A stretch of 32,000 nucleotides of DNA from Psychrobacter sp. DM4 (GTDB taxonomy: Bacteria; Pseudomonadota; Gammaproteobacteria; Pseudomonadales; Moraxellaceae), in the NCBI RefSeq assembly GCF_051307035.1, contig NZ_CP195536.1, positions 1,290,001 to 1,322,000 on the forward strand, written 5' to 3'. The translations under genes and the position numbers were made by a program. The notes under the pieces were generated by a model. That model was not told the origin of the DNA, searched no databases, and saw only the letters and a program-made list of their open reading frames with translations. Positions 1-8,000 of this stretch are shown here, one piece after another; position 1 is the first letter of the stretch, and every line of letters begins with the position of its first letter.

Positions 1-1271
1 TCACGGCCATAAGTTTGCGCGACATACTCTATGACCCGATCACGACCTTCGATACAAAAGTCAATATCAAAATCAGGCATAGAGACCCGCTCTGGGTTCA
101 AAAATCGCTCGAACAACAGATCGTAATGAATAGGGTCAAGGTCAGTGATGTTCAGCGCATAAGCAACGAGTGATCCTGCACCAGAACCACGACCTGGACC
201 GACTGGCACACCATTGGCTTTGGCCCAGCGAATAAAGTCCATAACGATCAAGAAGTAACCTGGGAATCCCATCGATAAAATGATATCGAGCTCGTATTCT
301 AAGCGTTCATCATATCTCTGACGAATATCTGCCCAATTATCACTACGTTGATCTGTCGGAAATAACTTATCTAAACGTCGCTCAAGTCCGCGCTGCGACT
401 CTGAGCGAAAGAAGGATTCTGTGGTCTCGCCTTCAGGCACAGGAAAGTCGGGCAGTACATTAATACCTAGCTTTAAGACCACGTTGCAACGTGTGGCAAG
501 GCGTACAGTATTGTCAACAACTTGTGGTATATCAGCGAACAGCTGCGCCATTTGCGCTTGCGTCTTGAGATACTGCTCATCTGAATACAGCTGCGGGCGG
601 CTTTGATCTGCGAGGACATAAGAGCCTGCGATACATACGCGCGCCTCATGGGCATCAAAATCCTCTTGCGCCATAAACCGGACATCATTATGGGCAATGA
701 TAGGAATATTGTGCTTGGCTCCCGCACGGATAGCAGCGCTGATAAAGGCATCTTCGCCTGAACGATTGGTGCGCTTGATCGCAAAGTATAGTCGATCAGC
801 AAACTGTGCTTGCCACTCAATAACCAATTCATCAGCACGCTCAGGCATAGAACCCACAAGCGCTTGTCCGACATCGGACTTTTCAGTAAAAAGTATGATA
901 ACGCCTGCCGCATGATCTAATATGTCGCTACGTTTGACGATAGGAATACCAAGATTAACAGGATCAGCGCGCCCCTCAGTGAACCCAAGCGAGACAATAC
1001 GCGTGATATTTTGATAGCCCTCATTATTCATCGCCAGCAGCAGCAAACGCGAATCGTCATTATCCATGATGATCTCGCTACCGATAATTGGCTTGATGCC
1101 CTCATTCAGACAAGCACGGTAAAACTTTACCGTCGCATAGAGGTTGGACAAGTCAGTTAACGCGAGCGCGCGCTGATCATCAGCCGATGCCGCTTTCACT
1201 AGCGGCTTGATACGGACGATAGAATCAGTAATGGAATATTCGCTATGAATGCCGAGGTGTACAAATGCCAT
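1..1271 (-). CDS. dnaE: DNA polymerase III alpha subunit, N-terminal ~423 codons; the gene continues past the left edge
   Basis: This ORF is absent from the ORF track because it is open at the window edge. My minus-strand translation from ATG 1271..1269 reads [60 protein letters not shown], a PHP-domain DnaE N-terminus. The same frame at positions 59..1 reads [20 protein letters not shown], which is also DnaE-like. The track ORFs at 421-915 lie in other frames. Confidence 0.88.
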   Translation of the reverse strand, partial: MAFVHLGIHSEYSITDSIVRIKPLVKAASADDQRALALTDLSNLYATVKFYRACLNEGIKPIIGSEIIMDNDDSRLLLLAMNNEGYQNITRIVSLGFTEGRADPVNLGIPIVKRSDILDHAAGVIILFTEKSDVGQALVGSMPERADELVIEWQAQFADRLYFAIKRTNRSGEDAFISAAIRAGAKHNIPIIAHNDVRFMAQEDFDAHEARVCIAGSYVLADQSRPQLYSDEQYLKTQAQMAQLFADIPQVVDNTVRLATRCNVVLKLGINVLPDFPVPEGETTESFFRSESQRGLERRLDKLFPTDQRSDNWADIRQRYDERLEYELDIILSMGFPGYFLIVMDFIRWAKANGVPVGPGRGSGAGSLVAYALNITDLDPIHYDLLFERFLNPERVSMPDFDIDFCIEGRDRVIEYVAQTYGR

Positions 1272-1483
1272 AAAAGACTCTTAGAGATGCAAGCAGTGGA
1301 ATAGGTAATAACTATATTATTATCAAATGTTTAACTGTATTTTTAGTCTATAAAAACACACTAACAATGAAGCTTAATTTTTTTGAATTGAGCCCTTTAT
1401 AATAGCATTGTTTGCTATAGACAACCACTGATTGCAGCTGATTAATCTGTCAAGAGAAGATATATCAACGACGAAATCGTCAA

Positions 1484-1516
1484 TAAAAAACCCCCTACCT
1501 TTATGGTTATAGGGAG
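1484..1516 (-). terminator. Candidate rho-independent terminator downstream of ggt
   Basis: The minus strand reads CCCTAT-(10 nt loop)-GTAGGG followed by GGTTTTTTATTG. The stem is short (6 bp including one G-U pair) but is followed by a T6 run about 45 nt after the ggt stop. Confidence 0.4.
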
Positions 1517-1559
1517 TCAATTTTATGCAAAGTATTTTTTACTCTAAAGAGTCCTTTGT

Positions 1560-3500
1560 CTAATACCCAACCACTGCCGCATCGACAATACGCGGATCTG
1601 ACGACCCATATACCCCATTTGGCGTTAGCATAATAGACTGCGTTGAGCCCATAGCGGCTTTTGGACTGACGGTATGTCCCATCGATTCAAGTTTTTTGAC
1701 CGTATCGATATTTAGCGCTTTCTCTACGCGAATCTCATCTGGTAGCCATTGATCATGGATGCGCGGCGCATGGGTGGCCTCAGCGATATTCATATTGTGA
1801 TCGATGACGTTGGAGATGATTTGGGTAACGGTGGTAATGATACGACTACCGCCCGGACTACCTGTGACGATAAATGGTTTGCTGTCTTTAAAGACTATAG
1901 TGGGGCTCATAGAGGATAAAGGACGCTTGTTAGGCTCAACGGCGTTTGCCTCACCGCCCAATAATCCATAAGCGTTAGGTACGCCCGGCTTGGCTGAGAA
2001 ATCATCCATCTCATTATTAAGTAATATGCCTGTGCCTTCTGCGACAAGACCAGTACCATAAGAGAAATTGAGCGTATAAGTATTCGCCACAGCATTGCCG
2101 TCTTTATCTACGATAGAGAAATGGGTCGTTTGATCGCTCTCGTAGGGTAGGGGATTGTTGGCTTTAATGGTAGCAGCTGGTGTGGCTTTATTAGGATCAA
2201 TTGAAGTACGTAATTGATTGGCATACGCCTGAGAGGTCAGACCGCTGGCAGGAACATCAATAAAGTCCGAATCGCCTAGATATTCAGCACGATCGGCATA
2301 AGCCAATTGCATCGCTTCGCTCATTAAATGAATGGTTTGCGCACTATTTTGTCCGTAGTCTTTTAGCGGATAGCCTTCTAATATATTCAAAATCTGCACG
2401 ATATGAATACCACCAGAGGAAGGCGGCGGCATAGAGACGATCTCATAACCGCGATAGTCGCCCGTTACCGGTTTGCGGGCAATAGCCTTATAATCAGCCA
2501 AATCCTGCAAGCTCATATTGCCACCTGCGTCGTTGACGGCTTTGACCAGCTTACGAGCCGTCTCACCTTTATAAAAGCCATCTACGCCTCGGGCTGCGAT
2601 AAGTTTTAGCGAGCGGGCAAGTTCGGGTTGCTTTAAGCGCTCACCCGGTTGATAGGCGCTGCCATCCGCTTTAAAAAACACCTTTTTGGTACTCGGCCAT
2701 TTTTGCAAGCGTTCACTCAAAGCCTCTAGTGACTCTGACAAACCCGCCGTGACTTCTATACCGTTCTCGGCTAAGGCAATCGCTGGCGCCATGACTTGCC
2801 CGCGACTCATGGTGCCATGATCCTCCAAGGCTTTTAATAGACCTGCTACCGTTCCCGGTACGCCAACAGCTAAACCATGATAGCGCGATAAATCACTGAC
2901 AGCATTGCCATCCTCATCGAGATACATATCACGAGTAGCGCTACTTGGCGCTTTTTCGCGGTAATCGAGCGCGACCGTTTTGCGCTGCGCGGCATCATAA
3001 ATCATCATAAAGCCGCCACCACCAATGTTACCTGCGCGCGGCAGGGTAACTGCTAGTGCAAAGCCAACCGCGACCCCAGCATCAACCGCATTACCACCGT
3101 CTTTTAGAATCTTTAGACCAATATCAGAGGCTAATGCTTCTTGAGTGGCGACCATACCATTCTGCGCCCAGATCGGATGCTGGATGGCATCTTCTGAGTA
3201 GATAGCTTGATCGGATTTGGAATTGCTAGTCGTTGATGTAAGCGTATTGGTTTTCGCTCGCGTAATGCTCTTGGTCTCAAGCACTACCGTAGGGTTGTCC
3301 GTCATGATAGCGAGATTAATGGCGCTGGTATTGATTGAGGTATCGTTGAGAGTATTGGTAGCACTAGGTTCAAGCGCGTGGCTTGACATAGACACTAGAA
3401 GTGTACTGCTCGCGAGCAATAGGGCAGATTTTAATCTTGCGCCGCCTGTAGCGCTCAAAACATTACTGGGAGTTTTAGAAAACGAATAGGACATCAGCAT
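1560..3500 (-). CDS. ggt: Gamma-glutamyltranspeptidase precursor with an N-terminal signal peptide
   Basis: The 646-aa ORF carries GGT-family motifs: HPIWAQNGMVATQ, GGGGFMMIY, the autoprocessing site DQTTHFSIVDKDGNAV, and GSPGGSRIITTV. The Shine-Dalgarno sequence AAGGA abuts the first ATG, so the third codon (ATG at 3494) is the better-spaced start. Confidence 0.92.
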   Translation of the reverse strand: MLMSYSFSKTPSNVLSATGGARLKSALLLASSTLLVSMSSHALEPSATNTLNDTSINTSAINLAIMTDNPTVVLETKSITRAKTNTLTSTTSNSKSDQAIYSEDAIQHPIWAQNGMVATQEALASDIGLKILKDGGNAVDAGVAVGFALAVTLPRAGNIGGGGFMMIYDAAQRKTVALDYREKAPSSATRDMYLDEDGNAVSDLSRYHGLAVGVPGTVAGLLKALEDHGTMSRGQVMAPAIALAENGIEVTAGLSESLEALSERLQKWPSTKKVFFKADGSAYQPGERLKQPELARSLKLIAARGVDGFYKGETARKLVKAVNDAGGNMSLQDLADYKAIARKPVTGDYRGYEIVSMPPPSSGGIHIVQILNILEGYPLKDYGQNSAQTIHLMSEAMQLAYADRAEYLGDSDFIDVPASGLTSQAYANQLRTSIDPNKATPAATIKANNPLPYESDQTTHFSIVDKDGNAVANTYTLNFSYGTGLVAEGTGILLNNEMDDFSAKPGVPNAYGLLGGEANAVEPNKRPLSSMSPTIVFKDSKPFIVTGSPGGSRIITTVTQIISNVIDHNMNIAEATHAPRIHDQWLPDEIRVEKALNIDTVKKLESMGHTVSPKAAMGSTQSIMLTPNGVYGSSDPRIVDAAVVGY

Positions 3501-3704
3501 TCCTTTTTTATATATTTAAGAAAGTTACCTCCATACTACTCATTTGTAATCTTTTATGCTATAAATAACACCAACATGCCGGCAGTTAATACTGTCGATT
3601 GTTTTAAATATAGGCAAAATACTATTTAGAATGCTACTCATGAGTCAAGAGCGTTTTGGCAGTCCAAAGAAATAACATTGAGTCATTCCATTAGTTATAA
3701 GTGC

Positions 3705-3737
3705 AAAAAGCGCGCCGCTTAAACGGCGCGCTTTTTT
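3705..3737. terminator. Strong, symmetric (bidirectional-type) rho-independent terminator between the LTXXQ gene and ggt
   Basis: The sequence is AAAAAGCGCGCCG-CTTAAA-CGGCGCGCTTTTTT: a perfect 8-bp GC stem flanked by an A-run and a T-run, 23 nt past the stop at 3760. Confidence 0.8.
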
Positions 3738-3759
3738 GTCTCTGATCTTAACTTACAGT

Positions 3760-4308
3760 CTAGTGTTGCATGTTACGAGTGTGACCACCTTTAGCCATTC
3801 TATCGGCTTTGAGCGTTTCTAACTGCTCGCGCTGCTGGATGGTGAGCACTTGCATGATCGCATTATGTTGTTGCATACGATCCCCTGTGCTGGTTTGTCT
3901 AATGGCTTTAATTTGCGCTTGCTGCGCCGCGGTTAGATTGAGCTGGGCAAAAGGACTATTTTTGCCGTCTTTTTGATCACCGCGGCGATGGCCTTTGCCT
4001 TGCTTTTCTGATTGCATCGTTGCTAATTGCGCACGCTGATCGGCTGTTAGGATATTGAGCATCGCCTCGCGATTTTGCATACGATTGCTGCGATTATTTT
4101 GCTTAAGGGCTTGCAACTGTGCTTGCTGCGTCGCACTCAGATTAAGCTGTGACATAGATCCTCTACCGCCATCTTTCATACCGTTTTTATGCTGCTTTTG
4201 CATTTGGGTGGTCGCAGGCGTGTCGGTATTGGCACCTACGCTAGTACAAGCGGTGATTGCAAAGACGCTAGAGGCGGCGAGTACTGTGCTTAGTAGTAAT
4301 TTTTTCAT
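3760..4308 (-). CDS. Spy/CpxP-family (LTXXQ motif) periplasmic protein, predicted lipoprotein
   Basis: The signal peptide ends in the lipobox AITAC. There are four LTxxQ-type motifs (LSATQQAQL, LTADQRAQL, LTAAQQAQI, LTIQQREQL) arranged as two tandem halves. The Shine-Dalgarno sequence AAGGA lies 6 nt upstream of the ATG. Confidence 0.7.
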   Translation of the reverse strand: MKKLLLSTVLAASSVFAITACTSVGANTDTPATTQMQKQHKNGMKDGGRGSMSQLNLSATQQAQLQALKQNNRSNRMQNREAMLNILTADQRAQLATMQSEKQGKGHRRGDQKDGKNSPFAQLNLTAAQQAQIKAIRQTSTGDRMQQHNAIMQVLTIQQREQLETLKADRMAKGGHTRNMQH

Positions 4309-4387
4309 TGTAATTCCTTTAAAGAGTTAATTTATATGTTGCGAAGCAAGGGTATAAGCTCAAGACATAAATTTTATCTTATGTACT

Positions 4388-4418
4388 TTGACACTTAAGT
4401 TATGACTGAAACTATAAT
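4388..4418 (+). promoter_or_regulatory. Candidate sigma70-type promoter (consensus hexamers, 19-nt spacer) far upstream of the adhesin gene
   Basis: TTGACA at 4388-4393 and TATAAT at 4413-4418 are both perfect hexamers. The spacer is 19 nt, which is suboptimal, and the AT-rich context raises the chance-match rate. Confidence 0.3.
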
Positions 4419-4874
4419 ACGACAGTCAAAGGTTGCGATACTTTATGAAGTATTAAGAAAGGTAACGTTTGGTACTTGAGCGGCGAACTACAGAGCATTT
4501 GCCCGATGATATAGATGCTAAAGCAATGGAGAGACAAGTATGGCCAGAATACTATTTGTACGCCTTGATTCTGCTTACCCCCGCGAAACAGGCGGCTATG
4601 GTCTTGCTATTGTATAGTCGATGGTTATGGCTCATAAGGGTGAGGTAAATATTTATAATAGACAAAATGATATAAATGGACTGTTCGTGCGGATGATATT
4701 GCCGTGTGAGGTATGAGTCATAGTTGTAAATACTCATTGCCCTTGATTCTGTTTTTGCCTCAAAAACTGTTCATTTATCGACAAAAAACAAAGTCTAAAC
4801 AAGAGCCTACAATTATATTCAATATCAAGCATATAATCCGACGAACGGTAGCTAAATACGATTTTAATGATTGA

Positions 4875-4915
4875 TTACCTCTTTATATTCATTTATTGTT
4901 ATATAAAGAGGGTAA
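4875..4915 (+). promoter_or_regulatory. Inverted repeat / stem-loop 1 in the adhesin upstream region
   Basis: TTACCTCTTTATAT-(12 nt)-ATATAAAGAGGGTAA. The arms are 14 bp with a one-base bulge. Confidence 0.35.
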
Positions 4916-4937
4916 TAAATCCGTTGTAAACTAAACC

Positions 4938-4970
4938 CTAAAGATCTAACAGTGATACTTAGATCTTTAG
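4938..4970 (+). promoter_or_regulatory. Perfect 12-bp inverted repeat / stem-loop 2, 83 nt upstream of the adhesin start codon
   Basis: CTAAAGATCTAA-(9 nt)-TTAGATCTTTAG followed by TCAGTTTTCC. This could be an attenuator-like hairpin or a dimeric-regulator site. Confidence 0.4.
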
Positions 4971-5052
4971 TCAGTTTTCCTTTACTTGCACATTACTCTC
5001 TACAACATGAATTTGAATTGATACCTATTCATTACGTCAGGGAGTACACATC

Positions 5053-8000
5053 ATGAACCGCAATTTTAAAGTTATCTGGAACGAGGCATTAGGCTGCTTT
5101 ACTGCTGTTGCAGAATACGCAAAAGCACGCGGCAAATCATCAAAATCTAGCGTGAGTGCCAATGCAAGTATTAACACCAGTACTAGCTTGTCCGCTGTTA
5201 ATACTCTACGTCTTAGTGCTATAGGGCTTGGACTGCTGGCGGCTGGATTGACCATACCCGCAGCTGCTAATGGCTATTATTACTATTATCCTAGTGGAAT
5301 GAGCTTCGCTGGAGATGAGGTAACGCCAAAAGTATATATAAATACGACTTATAGAAACCAGACACTAAAAGTTCAAGGTGGCGAAACCGTCACTGGTGAT
5401 CCAAATACTAAGAATATCAGTGTTGCTGCTAGTAATACTGACAGATCACTAACCGTAAAGCTTGACGAAGACATTGATTTAGGTGCTGATGGTAGTCTCA
5501 ATACAGGCGATACTTTAATCGATAGCTCCGGCATTATGGTGTCAGCCATTGACCCTAATAACAATGTTACATTGAGCAATACCGGCCTAAATAACGGCAA
5601 TAATAGAATCTCTAATGTAGAAGATGGTATTGATCCAAAAGATGCGGTAAATGTAAGGCAGCTCGATAGTAGTATCGCTGAGAATAAAGTGAAGTACTAT
5701 AGTGTCAATTCAGACGGCGGTGCTAATGAATTGAACGAAGGTGCAACGGGTCAGAATGCGATGGCTATGGGACGAAATGCCCGCGCTATAGGTAGTCAGA
5801 CCATTGCTATCGGTAGCGCCTCTAGTGGACAAAATACAATTGCCAAAGGTGCACAATCCATCGCAATTGGCGCAAATGTGGTATCTATAGGGGCATCCTC
5901 TATCGCTATTGGTGGTGATGATCTAGATTTGGCTTCAAAATACAACGTAGATGGCAGTGATATTGATGACGCTCTAAACAGCGGCACAGTAAACACTGTA
6001 TTCAATGAATATGCCGGCCGCGATTTATTAGATCCCAATGACTCCTATGCAGGGCATACCCAAGCACTCGGTGCAGCTTCTATCGCAATGGGTGCTAAAT
6101 CACGCTCAGATGGTCATCTAGCAACTGCCATAGGAATACATTCAAGTGCGTCAGGCACCGCGTCTTCGGCATTTGGTATCGCCGCGACAGCCAGTGAAAA
6201 AGGCGCATCAGCGTTGGGCGCGGGCGCAAATGCTTCTGTCATGGACGGTGTGGCTTTGGGTTCAAAGTCAGTTGCCAATATCGCAGGTGGCGTAGGGACT
6301 GAAGGCTTCGTTCCGACAGGTGCAACACTTGCTGACCAAAATAGTATCGCCTCTACGAGAAGCGAGTCACTTGGCGCCGTGTCCGTCGGTAACGATACCG
6401 ATGGTAACCGTCAAATCGTTAAAGTTGCCGCAGGTAAAAATGATAGTGATGCGGTCAACGTCGCTCAGCTAAGAGGTCTCTCAAACGTTGTTGACCTCGG
6501 TCTAAACTTTGACGCTGACAGTGGTACTACCGTCAATCGGGAGCTGGGTCAAACCTTTAACATCAATGGCGACAGTACAAACATCAGCACCGTCACAACC
6601 GCGAATGGGGTCACCGTACAGATGAGTGACACCCCTACCTTTACTAAAGTCACCCTAGTTGACGCTCCTACAGTAGGGACTGATGCCACCAACAAAACCT
6701 ACGTTGATGGCTCGCGTACCCAAGTGACCTCGAACAACAACTCTATCAGCGTCAGCGAAACCGCCTCAGGCGATGCTAGCGTGTTCGACCTCTCTGTAGA
6801 CGCACAATCACTCAGTGAAAGTGCCCAGTCTCCAGTCGTCTATACCGATGCTACAGGCAACAGACTCTACAAGCAGACCGATGGTAGCTTCAACACTAGC
6901 CCTGATGGTAGTGGCGACCTTGTCACAGCACTCGACGTCATCGCCTCTATGCAATCTGCGACTGGTAGCACCAGTACCCCAACCACGCTGAGCAACATCG
7001 CACCTGGTACTTTGGCAAGTGACTCAACCGACGCCGTTAACGGTAGCCAGTTGTATACCACCAACCAAAACGTCAGCACCAATGAAGGCAACATCACAAC
7101 TAACAGAGACAACATCGCTAAGGGTATCAAGTTTAATGTCAACGACTCCCTTCAAAAGACCTTTGACTTGGGTGAAGAGATTAAACTAAATACAGACAGC
7201 AATCTAACTACGACGCCGTTGTCAACCAATGACGGTATCGAGCTTGGATTGGCGCCGAACCTAACCGGTCTAAATAGTGCAGACTTTGGCGGCGTTAACA
7301 TCTCAACTGAAGGTATCGACCTTAACAACAATCAAATCACAGGTCTAGCTAGTGCAGGTGACATCACACTAGGGGCCAACGAGAGGAATGCGGTTAATGC
7401 AGGCGATCTAAACAATGCGGTTGGCGGCGTTACCAGTCTTGGGTTTGCGCTAAGAGCCGCTGATAATAATGAAGTACAGCGCAATCTAGGCGATGCGGTC
7501 GATATTGTTGGCTCAAACAACAACATTACTACTCAAGTAGTCGATGACAAGATAGCCATCAAGCTCAATAACAACCTTAACTTAGGAGCGTTAGGTACTG
7601 TTAAAACAGGGGGTAACGTTATACTCAATACTGTCGTCACGCCTTTAGGAGTTGTAGTCACCGGTCTTAATCCACTTAACCCTGTGACCTTGACTGCCGC
7701 AGGTCTAAACAATGCGGGTAAAAAGATCATCAATGTCAAAGATGGGGCGGTTACGAGCAGTAGCAGCGATGCGGTTAACGGTAGCCAGTTGTATGACACC
7801 AACCAAAACGTCACGATCAACGAAGGCAACATCACAACCAATCAAGACAACATCGCTAAGGGTATCAAGTTCAACGTCAATAGCGCCCTTCAAAAGACCT
7901 TTGACTTGGGTGAAGAGATTAAGCTGAATACAGACGACAATCTAACCACAACATTGTTGTCAACCAATGACGGTATCGAGCTTGGATTGGCGGATGTCAT

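Noticed and set aside
421-915. Track ORFs 421-606 (+), 473-913 (-) and 697-915 (+) lie near the left edge.
   Set aside because: They lie inside the dnaE coding region in other frames. The dnaE frame translates into recognisable DnaE sequence across the whole interval.
4552-4737. A 61-aa minus-strand ORF lies in the adhesin upstream region.
   Set aside because: The sequence is AT-driven and rich in Ile, Tyr and Asn. It has no Shine-Dalgarno sequence and no family resemblance. The region is better treated as non-coding leader or regulatory DNA.
5275-5289. Five consecutive Tyr codons (TAT TAT TAC TAT TAT; YYYYY) follow the predicted signal-peptide cleavage region of the adhesin. This could be a slippage tract.
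   Set aside because: The tract is a trinucleotide-type run, so slippage would stay in frame and would not switch the gene on or off. It is too short for meaningful phase variation and is only a curiosity.
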